Source of the DNA: Pseudovirgaria hyperparasitica
Lineage: Eukaryota
Length of the DNA stretch: 64,000 bases
Assembly: GCA_010093815.1 (NCBI GenBank)
Contig: ML996565.1
Direction: 5' to 3' (one strand)
This document shows, piece after piece, positions 1 to 15,200 of this stretch. The position numbers and the translations under genes were made by a program. Numbering within the stretch: position 1 is the stretch's first letter; every line of letters begins with the position of its first letter. The notes beneath the pieces are model-generated. The model saw only the letters and a program-made list of their open reading frames with translations, was not told the origin of the DNA and made no database searches.

Positions 1-120
1 GGGGCAGTTCTAGGTTTAGTCGCCACATCTGCCTTGGATCAATCACTCGGCCGTGTCCCAGTGTATAAATACCTCGATAGGTTCACTTCCCCCATCATAA
101 CCAGCACTCAACTGAACAGG

Positions 121-1545
121 ATGTTCACGCTTATATATATCATTTTTGCTACAGCAGCTCTTGCAGCAAGACTGTTTCTCAATGAACCGGATACAGGGTC
201 AGCTCGTAAAATCTTTCTGAGCTAAATGTACAACCGACTAATAATTTTGAGTTAGATTCGACCCATTCATACCAGGGGGTGGAGGTCTGACGCCGTTAAA
301 CGAGATATTCTCTTTAGCAGACTTCGACGCTTCAGCTCGTAGCTATATGTCTCTTCGAAATTACTCGTACTATCGCAATGGAGCTGCGGGAGAATGGTCT
401 TATAGAAACAACCTCGAGGCTTTTGGGCGCATCCGATTGAGACCTAGATCTCTCGTGGATATAACGCACGTCGAGGAATCTTTACCGTACGTCTGAATCT
501 CGAAGTTTACATCTAGGATATTGACAATAAAGGACCTCCATACTTGGCTACAATTTCTCGGCTCCATTTTTCATAGCCCCTGCAGGTCGCGCAGGATACG
601 GCAATCCCGACGCTGAGAAGGGGCTCCTCCGGGCAGGTGAAGCAGCTAATGTGCTATACATTGTAAGTCCTTAGTCATCTAGGCGCTATTGTGGCAACAT
701 CTCACAATCAAAAGCCATCTTTCGGGGCTACTCTGCCTTTAGAAGACATCGTCGCCTTCAAAAGTCCGGGTAATGAATATACAACATTCCAGCAGGTTGG
801 TAACTTTGTTCACTCAACAGTAGTATACCACTAACCCAAAGCACAAGCTTTATATTGACAATAACGACACGAATGTACAGAGCAGTCTACGAAGGATTGA
901 GAATGCCGGCCAAAAAGCCATCATTCTTACTATCGACTCCCCCGGAGATGGTGCACGTTCTCGTGCTGAGCGATATGGTGTTGGCTCGGCAGATACTGGT
1001 CTCACTCTGCTAACATGGGAGCGGTTTTCCAAGATTCTCAACATGACGTCCCTTCCCATTGTCCTGAAAGGTATTACGACAGTAGAAGATGCGCGTATGG
1101 CCGTCAGCTCAGGCGCTTCTGCCATATATCTGTCCAACCATGGAGGTCGTCAGCTTGACTTCTCTCCATCGGGTTTTGAAGTAGCCCTAGAGATTCACAA
1201 GCAAGCGCCAGAGATCTTCGATCAGATTGACGTATGGGCGGACGGTGGTGTACGCTACGGGACAGACGTCCTAAAACTCCTGGCTCTCGGTGTCAAGGCA
1301 GTTGGGTTGGCTCGGCCTTTCATGTACGCCAACTGTTATGGAGAAGACGGAGTAGCCCGCGCAATCGACCTACTAAGGACTGAACTAATCAACGACTCTG
1401 CAAATCTTGGCCTTGGGGACATTAAATCTATTAATAGTTCATACGTAAGTGGAATTCTCGAGTTGCGCTTCATACATACTTTGACTAAACTTTCGTGCAG
1501 TTAAGTCTCGAATACATGAACTACAACGGTTGGTACACGAGATAG
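121..1545 (+). CDS. FMN-dependent alpha-hydroxy acid dehydrogenase (glycolate oxidase / flavocytochrome b2 flavin-domain family), signal-peptide-like N-terminus, 6 exons (approx. 121-197, 256-486, 533-662, 715-795, 848-1444, 1501-1545)
   Basis: GT..AG introns at ~198-255, 487-532, 663-714, 796-847 and 1445-1500. The spliced protein has YYRNGAAGEWSYRNNLEAF, RLRPR, APFFIAPAG, PIVLKGI, LSNHGGRQLD and ADGGVRYGTDVLKLLALG, all hallmark FMN_dh motifs. No RIP-type stop codons. Confidence 0.93.
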
Positions 1546-3827
1546 ACATGTCGACGACTCCACATTATTCAATATACAGTGAAACTGGTTAGCATAGGAG
1601 GTATAGGAGAGATCTGTGACGCTGAACTCGCATAGCTTTATTTACGGCTGTAGAGATCTGTTAGCTTTAGTTGTAATCTAGCTACGCGCTGATTCATAGC
1701 ATGAGAAGCGTAACTTCAAATCCGGACGTCATCGAGTGATGTATTGTTCGCTAATCTAGTACACTAAGGACTTCGACGCCCTAGACTGGCTAGTCATCGC
1801 TACTCTCGCAGACCATGTGCCACAAATTCATCATATACTATCATTGTCCTGACAGATTTCAAGCTCTATATGTGCCTTCTCCTCTTTTAACCAACGAGAC
1901 AGTCATGCTATGATGATTCACAAAGCTCCCTGAACTGCTAAAGGTATTGGGCACCACCCTATAAACGGCTGTAGACTAAGGAGGCACCTCCTATACACAC
2001 CTCGAATCGTCGTACAACATGAAAGCATCTCTACTATAGTGCTCTCGTAACTGTCAGGTGGTGGACAGGCCTTAATGGTATGTTAAACTCTCATGTCTAA
2101 GAACTTCGATGTGCCTATCAAAACAGCCTAGCTCATTTCAAGGTGCTTAAATATAAGATAAGTTAGCTCATATGAAGTAGAACTATTAGAGTATTTATAT
2201 AAGTCGAAGTAGATTTAGATATAGAAATAAAGTAACTATAGATAAATAGTTTAAGGCATGACTTAATAACTTAACTTATCTTACGTCTTTGCTTTATTCA
2301 AGGCCTATACTTAATTATTTGTATTATAATAGTCCAAATGCCAATAAGATTATACATTAAGCTTAAGATTATACATAAACTATACTCGTATCTTAGAGGA
2401 TCTATTACCTAATACTAGGTCTTCTCTCTATTACTACTATTTTAGTTAAGTATCTATAATAATAAAGATATTTCTATTGTAAATAGAACTGAAACTTGGT
2501 CTACGAGAGGTTTCATAGAATGTAAATCAAATTATATTAAATAAAAGAATCTATGGTATATAGAGTTCAATTAGGAACTAATTATCTAGTGATAGTAACT
2601 ATATATAATAAACCTTCCCTAATGAGGATGCGGCTTATCCCTAAAGTAGTCCGTTCCATAGAGTATCCCGGCTTTTCTAAAGGTAAAGATACTTAGAAGG
2701 CTTAGAGGAGTGTAAGTAGGTTCATAGTAAGTATTAATAGGGTATAAATAGTAACTAGCTAGTAGGCGAGTAAAGTAGTAATTATATTAATGTAAGTTTA
2801 AATTAATTACTATAGAACTATCTCTAGAGATTAGGTCTAAAGGGTCTATATAGTTCTACTAAGGTCCTCTAATTAGAATACTCATTCTAAGCGTTTAGTG
2901 CGTTACTTAGAATACTAATATTCTATTTCTAATTACCTAGTAGACTACTTAGAATACCTATTCTAAGTACCTATGATTAGCTCTCCCTATAGGTATCTAT
3001 CTCGGCCTTAGGTTACTATCTAAGGCTACCTATCGTATTATAGGCACCTCTTCTACGTGCTATGCTATTTCTTACGCCACTCGTACTAGAGTCTACGTAT
3101 CCCCCTATGGCTCTAGCTAGTAATTTATTATATAGAGGTTATAAGGTTGTAATAGGCGGGGATTATAAGGTCATGGGATATAGAGCTATAATTATATATC
3201 TCTTCTTATACTCGGAGATAGTTTTTCTATAATATATGGTTTTCTATACTATAGTGCGTACCTAGTTATAGATATAGTATAGCGTCTTTATCTCTATATA
3301 CTCTACTACTCTTTTCTATACTACTAGAAATTTACCCGCTACCTTATTAATAATCTTATATACTCTTTTTACGCTAAGCTTATTCTTAGTTTAACGCCTA
3401 TAGTCTATAAGTAGAGTAGCTATATATACTTCTATATATAGCTACCTTATATATACCTCCATAGCTTTACGCTTTATTTATATATCTAGGTTTAAGATAT
3501 AAAGTAGTACTATAGTAATTACTATGTTTAGATAGTTACTTTATTATAGAATTGAATTTAATATATTAATTATATATAGTTAGCGTGCGTAGTTAATATA
3601 GTATTTATAATTTACGGACTAATTATATAGTATATATATAGTATATTATAAGGCGTAAGGAAGACGGAGGTAGAGGTTAGACGATAGAGATAGAAGCTAG
3701 AATAATAAGGTACCTACTAGATTAAGCTCGTTTATATCCTTATTATTCCTTAAATACGCGTTTGTAATATATACGTAACTTAGCATAGCGTGGCCGGATA
3801 TATAGTTATTTACTTTATATTATCTAA

Positions 3828-3965
3828 TGTCACGGAAAGTGACAAGGAGATGGATAACGGCAAGAACCACGGACTAGCAGTCCCATATACATAGCCGTAG
3901 ATTCCATGAAGTAGCTAGTAATCAATTTAATACTTAACCAAGACTTGACATCTCTATCCTTAATA
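3828..3965 (+). repeat. 5' LTR of element A
   Basis: TGTCACGGAAAG...CCTTAATA, matches 16541-16678 apart from transitions. Confidence 0.95.
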
Positions 3966-5149
3966 TCTTAGTAGCTAAAAGCATACCACCAGCTAATCAT
4001 TTTCGAAAGAAAGATAGCACTAGTCGAATATAAGACACTAACGCCCTAACGTACTAGTTCTCCGAAGCCGAATCAAAAGATATTAATATCCCGACTTAGC
4101 GAACGAAAGACGCTTCCGTAAAATTTAGTAAAAGAAGTTCATAAGTACGGAGAGACAATCGGTAAGAATAAAAGAACACCAGGCACCAGGTAACGTTCGT
4201 CACCGTTACCATCATTAAGACTCGTAAGAGTATAAAATTATAACCGAAAGTCCTAAGGAAGGAGCCAAGGGAATGGTAAACAAAGGATTTGCCACTAGAG
4301 GAAAACAGGAATAAGTATCCGCATCAAAGGCCTCACCTTATTCCAACCACACCAAATTCCATGAGACTCGTTCCAGAGGATTACCAAAAGGTAGTATAAG
4401 CACTAGTGTTCCTAAACGAGTCGTGCATTAAAAGGATCGAGCTCCCTATAATTCCCTAGTTCCCGTTAAGCAAGGAACACGACACTATACCACGACCGGT
4501 CACACTTAGTGCTAGTCGAACCCTACTTCATAGGAATAGGTTAGTACTAATTAGACGAGACGATCAGCACGCGAAGCCTCGGTTTCCGCGAGCTACTAAG
4601 GTTAGAGTAGGTTCCCACTAAACATTCCCGATTACCTAAGTGTACTAGAGAAGCTCACGTCCGCGCCTCCCGCGGCCGACATTCTCGGCACGCTTAGGAA
4701 CACATAAGACATACTAGCTCCCTCACTGGTATTATAGAAGGAACCGATTCCTAAGCTATTAGAGTAAGTTATTAAAACAGCTCATTAACTCATTCATTAC
4801 TTTAAAGATAGCCCACTACATGAATTAAACCCCTATACCCTTATCTTACTTCGAGGTATTGCCCACGCATACCTAGAAGTCTTAAGAAATCGAAATCATT
4901 TACGGTCTAGGGGTAAACAGCCTTAGAAAGATAGATATCCTCCTAACTAGAACTATCTCGTAAACAAAGATCACGGAATACGTCTAGCGACTACCAAAGC
5001 CACAAAGGTCGAAAGGCTAGCGGCAAATTTCCGTTAATCTGAATATTTTAGTAACTTTAGAAACTTCGTATAGCTAAGAGAAGTAAATTTACCTTCCTCG
5101 TCCCCTCCGTTATTAATTAAAGTTCTAGCCGCGCTAAAGAAAAGGCCCG

Positions 5150-8100
5150 TAAGACTACAAGACTTCGAGTTTCATAACGAACCCGTGAGACTAGAGAACT
5201 CCAATTCTCGCGAGACGATAATCTCTAATCCTTACGAGGCGATTATAGTACTAGAGAATCCTCACTAGAGAGGAAGCTTAAGCCAAGGCATAGAGAGAAG
5301 CGGAGAGCAAGTCGGAACGCCTCAAAGCCTCGAGCCTCCAATTCCGGCTCCAATTCCAGTTCCCGTTATAGCTCAGCAAGCCTAGCCTAATATGCTAAGC
5401 GCAGAAATGATCGCGCAAATTACGATAATAGTTTCAGCGGTACTTGACAATCGTGAGAGGGTAAATCCTCTAGCAGAACAAAGCAGAGCCAGCTAAGTCG
5501 CGCCCTCTTAGGAAAGGCCTTAGGGAAGAGATAAAGAAGAACTTTCCAGAGACCGTCCGTCTAGAAACGACTACTATAGGTAAGCTTAGCCTATAGTAAG
5601 AGTTTTAAGGAACGATAATAATCTAAGCAAAGGCTCGGACGACGATCCATAGGGAGACGATAACAGAGCTCGTGGCCACCATCGTAGATCATATATACCC
5701 CCGCATCGTCGCCGGCGAACTACGGAAACTAGAGACTATAAAGATAACGATAGCTTAAATCTAAGAGACACGAAGTTTAGGACGGAGGACATTAGATTCT
5801 TCGATCCGAGCACAGATCCTTCGAGAACGGAAGATGTTTATAATAAGAATAGAAAGGTCTATTATAGATCCGTTCAGCCGTTCATCGACGTAATAAGGAA
5901 CTACTAGTAGACATGCCCTACGAAAATCATTCGTTACAATCTCTATAAGTGTCTTAGAGGCACGGCGCAAATTTGGTATAGCTCTTAATTAAGCGACGCT
6001 ACAAAGTCAAGTCTTACCAGCGGAGATGGACTTAAGTGCTAGGTTAAGAAACTCGAAAAGAGATTCTCTACACCTCCAAGTGCCGCCTTAAAGAGACTCT
6101 AAGGCATATTATATAGCCCCGAGAACTTACATGGAGGCTAGAGCACGACTAACTATGTTATAAAAGTACTTAGGGCTTATAAAGAAGCAAATTTGAAATC
6201 TAAAGCACTTATCATAGCATAGGCCTAGAATAAGCTCGACCTAAGATTCAGGGTGAGTATAGAGGAACCCGGATCTAATACTAATCTAGATACCTTTTAT
6301 GAACAGCTCGAGTAGAAATTACAGACCTAGCGTGAACTCTATAAGTAGAGTAAGTTCGACTATTCCCATTCTAGTAAAGCGTTATAAGGCTAGTATCCGT
6401 CGAACCGCTATCCTCGCAAAGAAAAAGAAGTCGAAAACGACTACTTTCGAGGGAACCGCGGGACACGATATAGTAGTAGCGGCGGACGAGAGGACCGCCC
6501 TAACAAGTTTCAGATAACAAAAGAAAGCGAGAAAACAATCCAAGTTATATCTTCTTAGACAAACGAGCAAAGGTCTAGTAAAGACCGCGGTTAAAACTAG
6601 TATTAAGGCAGAGACCGTCGCCTATATAAAGTAGACCGTCGCCCATATAAAGGGAATGGCAAGTATTAGCTAAAGAGTTTCGAAAAGACCACGACGACTT
6701 CTACACAAGTCGAGAGGCAACCTTATGTGAAGCCGCAACGCGCCTATCATAATATAGTCCTAGTAGAGTTTCTTAATTAAGAAGGATCGTAAAATAAAGA
6801 AGACTCGCCGGACGAAGATTAGGGCGGACAAGCTTAAGAGCAAGCTAAAGAAAGCCAGTCGGACGAGGAACCTCATAAGAAGTTAGCTGGAGTTTTCTTC
6901 GTAAGAACCAAGGAAGTCGAGACTCCACCGGCACTATCGCTCGAGAAACCGTAGAAGAGTAAAAGGACTATAGCGAGGAACTATCGCGTCTATAGACAAA
7001 AGTATCCTTCTAATAATAAGCTACATTAGTATATTACGGAAAAGCATCCGAAGAAACCAGTGGATCACGTATATATGGTAGACGAGTTTCCGTCGCCCCC
7101 ACCAGTACCACGAGTCATTAAGAGCACCATAAAAAGGATAGGAACGAAAGGCCATCGCTTTTATTATTAGAACTATATCATAATGAACGTGACATTAAAC
7201 GGGACCATAGAGCCTAAGTAAATAATCGTGGATACCGGAGCAAAGCTAAGTCTCGTGGATAGAAACTGGCTAGCCATAGTCCTACTAGATTATAAAAAGC
7301 ATGTCACGAAACTCATGCACCTAATAGCAGTCATGGGTATTGGTAACAAGGTTTATAATAGCGACAAGTCCGTTAAAATAACACTCACGGTACCTACCAC
7401 CGTAGAAGGAAATGACGTCGCGGTTACCATTAAATGTAAAGCACGCATTATCGAAAACCTAGCACCAAAACTGCTAATAGGCATGGATACCATTGGTCCA
7501 GAAGAAATGGACATCAAAGTTCAAAACCGCACGATTACCTTTCTACACGGCCAAAATGCGGTGGCTCCCATAAGTGTCCGCCCAAGACATAAGAAGCAGT
7601 TGAATATCATAGTAAGAGCGTAGCACTTAGTATCTATCAAGCCTAATTCAAGAGGCGTGGTTCTCGTGGACACACGTAACCTCCTAAATGATCGCGACAT
7701 GCTTTTCGAACCCACGAAAGAGCACCTCTCCGCTACCGGGAAGCGATAAGCCGTAATTTATACGGTAGTTATCGACTCTAGTAGTGGAGGAATCGTAATT
7801 AAGAACGACGGAAACGAGACACTCGTAATTCCGAGAAATACGGTACTCGGTAAAATCCGCGAACTAGACATCGTAGGATGCTACTAGATCTCTAATGCTA
7901 ACGTAGACCTCGCTACCCTTCCTCCCTTAGAAGCCGTGAACATTAACCCTAAGCTCGAGACACGTCTCCTAAACGGAATAATACTCTATGGTAGGGAAGA
8001 GAAGGCTGTAAAATACAAAGAACTCATTAAAGAGTTTATAGAGTTATAGCGAGATAAAAAATCCGTCGTAAACTCTAGGGAAGCAAAGCTTATTCTTATG

Positions 8101-11100
8101 GAGGACTAGCGAGAACTAAAGAAGTTATACACTCGAGTATATAACGTCGGCCCTCGGGACCGTGAAGCAATTAATAAAACCTTTGACGGGCTTCATGACG
8201 ACGATAAAATGGGTTAGAGCAAAAAGCCTACCTAATTTGGCTCCCTAGTTTTTGTCGTCTAGAGAGAGGTCTATGATCTAAAGATAAATAGGCTGATATA
8301 GAAACCACGCGTAGTGATTAACATTAGAGGCCTTAATATAATTACCGTCAAAGATTCCTACCCGTTAATAAGAATGGATAACATGCTCTAGGCTAGCCGA
8401 GATTACCACTATATCACAACAATGGACGCCATAAGTATATTCTACTAATGGTTAGTACGAGAAGAAGATCGTGAGCAATTCACGGTAAACACCTATAGGG
8501 GTCAAGAATACCTAAAAGTTCTTGCCATGGGCTACGTTAATTCAGTCTAGCACGTGCAACGGGAACTCGATAATCTCCTACGAGAGTTCCTATGGGCAAA
8601 AGCCTATATAGATAACATAGTAGTTTTCTCTAAGACATTCAAAGAGTATATTCATCATTTACGGCAACTATAGAGCACACTATTAAACTTCAATATGTCT
8701 CTCGCCGCAACCAAGACGTTCGTTAGGTATCCAAGTACTATAATCCTTGGAAAAAGAGTTAACGCCTTCGGACTATCTTCAAAGGCAGAAAGAATTACAG
8801 CTCTAAAAGAAATATAGTTCCTAAAAGATGCTGCAGTACTTGAACGATACCTAGGAATGGCGGGATATCTACGAGGATAGTTACTATACTATATATAGTT
8901 AGTCTCACCGCTACTAAAAGCTAGTACTAAGCTCTTCTACTATACCCCTCGTAAAAAGACTCAGCGAAAAGTATAGGCCTCGAAAAGGCTAGTTCCATAG
9001 ACTAAAGCACTTATCGAATCATTTTAAGCCGTATAAGGGCTATGGGATAACCCGATCTTCTATTATCACCATAAGCCGGTAAGACGTACGTTCCTAGACG
9101 TCGACGCTTTAAAAGAGTATGGCTTTAGAGTCTTCATATACCACGTTCGCGGGGACCTAGATCTAGTAATATCGTTAGTTCCGGTTAACGATCCTATCGA
9201 TCCCGACGAGACTAATCTCAATCTACTCGACCCTCTAAGAATGTCGTGGCTATACCAGGCAGAATTATTCCTAAAGGAAGTAATATAACTAATATTATTT
9301 CTTAGTAAAGCCATCACGGTAACTAAACGAAACTATTGGCCCATAGAACTTGAAATAGCTGGTCTAGTTTAGTTAGTAACTAAACTTCGACACTTCGTTA
9401 AATCATTAGCATAGTTCATTATATTCACGGACCATACCGTAATAACGGCTATTGCATATTAGACGAAGCTCTCCAGCACAGCCACCGACTATAAGAATAT
9501 CCGTCTTATCCGAGTAGCTTAATATCTCTCACAATACAAGCTCGATATCCGATACCGCCCTAGCAGGAACTATATCGTGCTAGACGCTCTCAGTAGGCTT
9601 ATAAGTACGGCGCCAGCCGTAGAAGGTAATATACTAGATAAGATCGCACAGGCTTTTACGATCGGTGGCGATAAAGGGACGATTACTAAACTCACCCACG
9701 TCTATCACGCAGTCTTAATTAAAATGGCAGATGAATTTAAGGATCGCCTATAAAAAGCCTATAAAGACGACGAGGCATGGAACAAAGTACGCGAAGTACT
9801 AATTAAGGAAGATGCTCTCCGACATGGAGACGAGAACGTACCAATGCACGTTAACTTCTCCAAAGGTAAATTACTACTAAAAGGGAAATCATAACCCCTG
9901 AATGGACTGAAATTCTTTATAAAAGATAAGATAATCTATAACATCGATAGAGGCAATGATCGGGAAAGGCTATGCATTCCCCATGCCCTTCTTAGCGAGA
10001 TCTTTAACGCACTTCACGATTATAGTTTCCATTAAGGAGAGAATAGACTCTATGAGAGAGTGTCCGTATCTTTCTACGTACGCCATCTTTCGAAAGAAGT
10101 CAAGGCCTATATCAAATATTACAAGCAATGTAACGAGGCGAGGACCTCTCGGTAATAGCCATACGGGAGTTTCACGCCCATCGCGACTTAGCACGTACCA
10201 TTTAGAACCATATGCCTCGACCTTATTACCGCCCTGCCTGAAACAGTAACGGGTTACGACGCTCTAGCGCCTATCACCTATAAAGCCACGAAAAGAGTGC
10301 TTCTCGTTCTAGGACGTACTAACTAGGGCGCTAAAGAATAGGCTAGTCTAATTCTACTAAACCTCGTTAAACACGATTAGGGAATTCCGGCTGAAATCAT
10401 TTTAGATAGGGATGCGAGATGGCTTTCAGCCTTCTAGCAAAAGGTCTTTAGCATGCTAGGAGTTAAATTCCTAATGTCCGCCGCATATCGCCTATAAACA
10501 GACGGCTAGGCAGAGAGAATAAACCAATCCGTAGAGATCGGAATTCGTTTCGCGGTTACCGAGAATCCCGACGAAGATTAGGATGCCTACTTACCATTCC
10601 TATAAGGCTTCATGAATAACGCTATAAATGAAACCACTGGCATGTCTCTAAATAAGTAATTATATGGTTTTAAAGTTAAAGATAGCGCGGACGCACTGCA
10701 TGAATTGCCTCCTAAAGATTATGAATCGCTCCGTTTAAAGAATAGAGAAATAGCCGCCGAAGCTACCAGCTTCGTAGCGGTTATAATGAAGTACCGATAT
10801 AATAAGAAGCATAAGCCTCTTCGTCTAAAACCCGGAGCCGAAGTATATCTACGATTATACCACGGTTACCGCGTATACGGGCACGTAAATAGGAAGTTCG
10901 ATATTTAGAGAACCGGTCCGTTTAAAATTTTACGACGCATTAGAAATAACGTGTACGAACTTAACCTTCCAGAGAGCGTGAAAATTCACCTAGTAGTATT
11001 AGTTAGCCAGCTAGTACTATACCTACCCGGCACGGATCCATTCGGACACAACCATAGTACTAACGAACTACCTAGCGTTTTCGCCGAAGACGATCTGGAC

Positions 11101-11320
11101 GAATATCCGTCTTATAAAATTGAAAGGTTTCTTAACCGACACTAGAATCAGAATATAAAGAAGAAACAGTACCTAGTTAAATGGAAGGGCTGGGGTCTAA
11201 TTCATAACTAATGGTATAATAAAGAAGATCTTAGAGATGCCCGCGAACTTCGAGAGGAATTCGACACAATATATCTAACCTTAAAAACGGAGATAAGGAA
11301 CCGTAAAAGAGGACCTAGAT
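5150..11320 (+). pseudogene. gag-pol polyprotein of element A (single frame; protease ~7228, RT ~8100-8800, RNase H ~9070-9600, integrase ~9950-11000, chromodomain ~11100-11270)
   Basis: IVDTGA protease motif at 7228; YIDN (RIP of YIDD) at 8605-8616; DVDA..EYG RNase H start; RLCIP, I.DRD.RW, TDG.AER.NQ integrase motifs; GPF module; YLVKWKG chromodomain. Start coordinate approximate. Confidence 0.92.
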
Positions 11321-12292
11321 AAAAGGAATTCACAGCCTTAAGTACTAAGAGGCGTTTCTTACATAGCGTTAAAATCCCAGCTTAGGTTAGAAACCGAAAG
11401 GTTCCTACCTAAGATGGATACAATTCCGAATTATCATTAATTGTATATATACGTTCCTTTTCGCGTCTACCCTTTAGAAGCACTACCATGCAATAAAAGA
11501 ATTATATTAATAAAAGAATTATATCCAATGTCAAACGTATAATAGTATCAAAGCATTACATCCAATATTAGATACATCCCCAACCTAAAAAACATACTTC
11601 ACCAAAACTACGCCCATGTGTATAACTATTCCTATAATCATATCCCCTAAACATTCGTAATAATAGTAAGTAAAATAGTATAACGGTCTAAGAGGAACAG
11701 AATCCGTGAATAAAAACACAGCGACATTAATTATTACCGCATACCCACGAGCTTAAACGAATTCTTAACGTATTATAACACGAATTCCGTGAGGACGATG
11801 AAGGAGTAATCTCACAGCACTACATCTATATAGATCAACACTAGGATCCGAGAATGCCCTCCTTACCACGCATGTCTCGATCGGCCATTAAGCACACGCT
11901 ATAGACTACCGTTTAGTATCCGTTAGTAGGAATATATTACTACACACGACGACGATGACGAACACGATACTATTTAGTAGTCGATAATATTATCGCTATA
12001 CTTACCGCTATTAGTCCTCTTAACGACGTAAACCTAGCACTAGTAGATATAATCTTAGTAAAAGGAGAATTCACCCTACCGTCGAAGGAAGGTAGTAATA
12101 GTAACGTCACGCTCGCGAATACTCTTACCGCCGAGCTCGATTTACCTTCCACTTACTTATCCTTAACTTAACGCGTAACTTATCTTTCTATCCTCCACCT
12201 TAACCTCGCAGAGACTCTAGCTTAACAAGTTTCATCTATAATCTTAAATAGTTATTAATTCCTCCTTACTCTCACATCTATAGTACATAAAG

Positions 12293-15200
12293 ATAACACG
12301 GAGCAAAGATAATGAAGCTAAAGTCACCTCGGATGAGGAAAACGCCTTAACCCCGCTAAAAACAGTTACTAAGAGAGGTCGTAAGCGAAAGCCGAAAGGG
12401 AATAAAGGTGACGGAGGTTATTTAGCGAGCGAAATTAACGAAGGAAAGGCTATAAAGAGTAAGAAGTTACTAATCAAGAAGCCTACCGCCTTAAAATATA
12501 ACATAGTTCCTATCATGACTCGAGCGGTATATAGAAAGCACCCTCGCGTGAAAGGAACAACAAGCGGTATTATTAGAACTATATAATTAGAAACCTTCCT
12601 ATTCTATAAAGCGCGCATTGGAATCGACGTGGAATAAAAAGGAAGCTTTAATGGAAGATACAACGAACGAAAACCAGTCTATGATTATCCTACCTTAGGA
12701 ATTATGGTTAAGGGCCTCCGATTTACGATGCCAACTCACGGCATCTACCTTTCTAACAAGTGTAAACTCGAGATTTACGTGGCATTGATGTTCCATAGGA
12801 AACTCGATAATATCTTTTACCAGAAGGATATTATAAATAGATTCATAGCGTTATTTTAAGTGTCGAAGACTTAGTCTTTAAAGGAAGTATCGCCTTTCAT
12901 AACGAAGGAAGGCGATAATTTCTACATTCTACCGCGAAAGCTAGACCCTCCCTATAAAGATAGATACTTATACTACGATGATAAAGGAAAGCCGGTGGCG
13001 GTTAATAGAAAGTTCTACTATCTTACTATCGGTTAGTACGTGCTCCATAAGGAGCGACCGATTCTTACCGACACCGACATTAAGAATCCTACCTGGTGGG
13101 ACCCTTCTCTCCTAAAGTACGGGGTTTATCGTTCAAACACAGAGGTGTCGCAAATGGCATTACATAAGCTTCGATGGATCAACCTCCTATATAAGGAAGA
13201 TAAGGGAGTCACGCAGGATCTAAAAGGTCTAACCATACTACTAAATGTCGCCGTACCATATCATGTTATAATCGAGACGAAAAATAAGCTTAAGATCACA
13301 AGGAAGGGCGAATAAAAGGCGCATGATAAGTATAGTACGAGGCACGGCACCATGCGTTATAACATTCTCGACGGTAGCATGATCTCTAACTCTAACTATA
13401 AATACGAGCCGCCCATGATAGAAGAGGAGGAACTAGTCGTTACATGGTAATATTAGTTAGAATTTTCGGACCTAGGAGCAAATCCACACCGCCTCCGCCT
13501 AGGTTTACTCGCTCTAGTGCCTATAGACGAAATTAGGTACATTCTAAAGTAAAAAGAATTCTTTATAAAGATTCCAGCCACGGTTTCTAACGAAGAACTC
13601 GAGGAGAGTATAATATCCGCGGACGAGGAATGGAACTTCACCGTCACACTCCTAAAAGGCACGAGATTCGAGGCAGAGCAATCGTCTAAGAGTAGTATTA
13701 TCGCGCAGCTCTTAAAACCAGGTAATAGATACTCCATAAAGGAAATAGCTCAAGTAGAATATACGTAGATTCCGGCACGATACTTCGTAACGGATACCAC
13801 AGAGGAAATCCGGAGCCACTATAGTCACGCGTGGAATATACTAGTATCTTAGCTATAAGGTTTAAATAGCGAGAATATTCGGCGCTACGCCGTATAGCGA
13901 AGGAGGGACGGATTAGTTCAGGTTACCGTCGTAGCTTAGTAGTAAAGAGACATCGCCTAGGAATGGGTAATAGGACCTCTAGACTTAATCATATAGCAAT
14001 TATAATATGATTAAGAAGCGACGCTCATGGCGCACGAATACTAACAATACATCCTCCATAGACACGTAAGATCCTAGCACGTCGTATAACGTCTTAAAGG
14101 ACTTAACGGCAACCATATAACAGCACTATAATTATCCGGATACCAGTTCTAGTCAATCCACCGTCTAAGTTCCCTAGAAGATAAGGCTAGAATCATAAAA
14201 AACGTCCGTGAAGTGCACTCATAGATACCATTAAATAAGGTTATACTCCAAGACTTGGTTCAAAAATAGGGCCTAATAGAGAGCGTAATAGTAGACTAGC
14301 GTCGAGGAGCAGAAGAAAAGCTACTTAAAGAAGTCCACGCGCTATATGTAGAAGATATAGCGCGTACATGGCTAATCTTAGTAGTCTCTCTTAAAGACCT
14401 CGCACGGAAATTTGCCACGGCCCATGAAAAAATACCATGGTTCATAGATCCTTTAAATTACGGTGTCACGAACGACTAGGTAACCATGCCGATAATTATT
14501 CGAGACGGTTCCCGCGAAGATCGAATTATATAGGGTAGGAAAATTAATAAACTCCTACCACGACACCTACTTAGTAGATACACTTTAACCCTACCCGAAA
14601 CCTCTACGTAAACTATCTCTACGTAAACTATTACTATAAGCTCGCTACCTAGTTTTAATGAAATAGATAACTTTTTCGTGATCGAAGGATTCACGAATAC
14701 CAACGAGGTATAGCCAATCATTTCAGTAAGAGAGATCGCTAAGGGACCAAAGGCCGGAGTATCTACCTTAAACGTCCCGATAAACCTAACCGAAGGCGTC
14801 ATTAAATTAAGGACACCGGAAGAAACACAGGCTCTAGTCACGAAGGCAATAGAGGTAATCAAGGTCCCACTCCCTATTATAAAACCTATGCCAGCCACCG
14901 CCGCGAAGAAAGCTAAAATAGTAAAGAAGGTAAAGTCAATCACCACCAAAACAATAGCATCCAAGGTAGCTCCTACGTCGTTAGAACTTCCGCCTACCCT
15001 AATAGAGCTAACGGAGCTACGATCTACCTTAATTCCCGCGACCTTACCTACCTTAATTCCCACCGCGTTAACCGCAAACGCTATTAGTTAATAAGAGGCG
15101 GAAATAAACACGCTTATCTTGGCCCACGAGAAAGAGATAGAAGCTTAGATAAAAGACATTATAAGGGAGGCTCTAAAAAGGTTTATAGTAGAAGCATAAA

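Noticed and set aside
34..225. ORF-track 63-aa ORF
   Set aside because: Only 121-197 is real (exon 1 of the dehydrogenase); the rest is UTR and intron read-through.
850..1137. Minus-strand 95-aa ORF
   Set aside because: Antisense shadow of the dehydrogenase exon.
2950..3420. DUF3505-like relic on the minus strand
   Set aside because: Only a vague resemblance (DL..PP) after heavy RIP; not enough to call.
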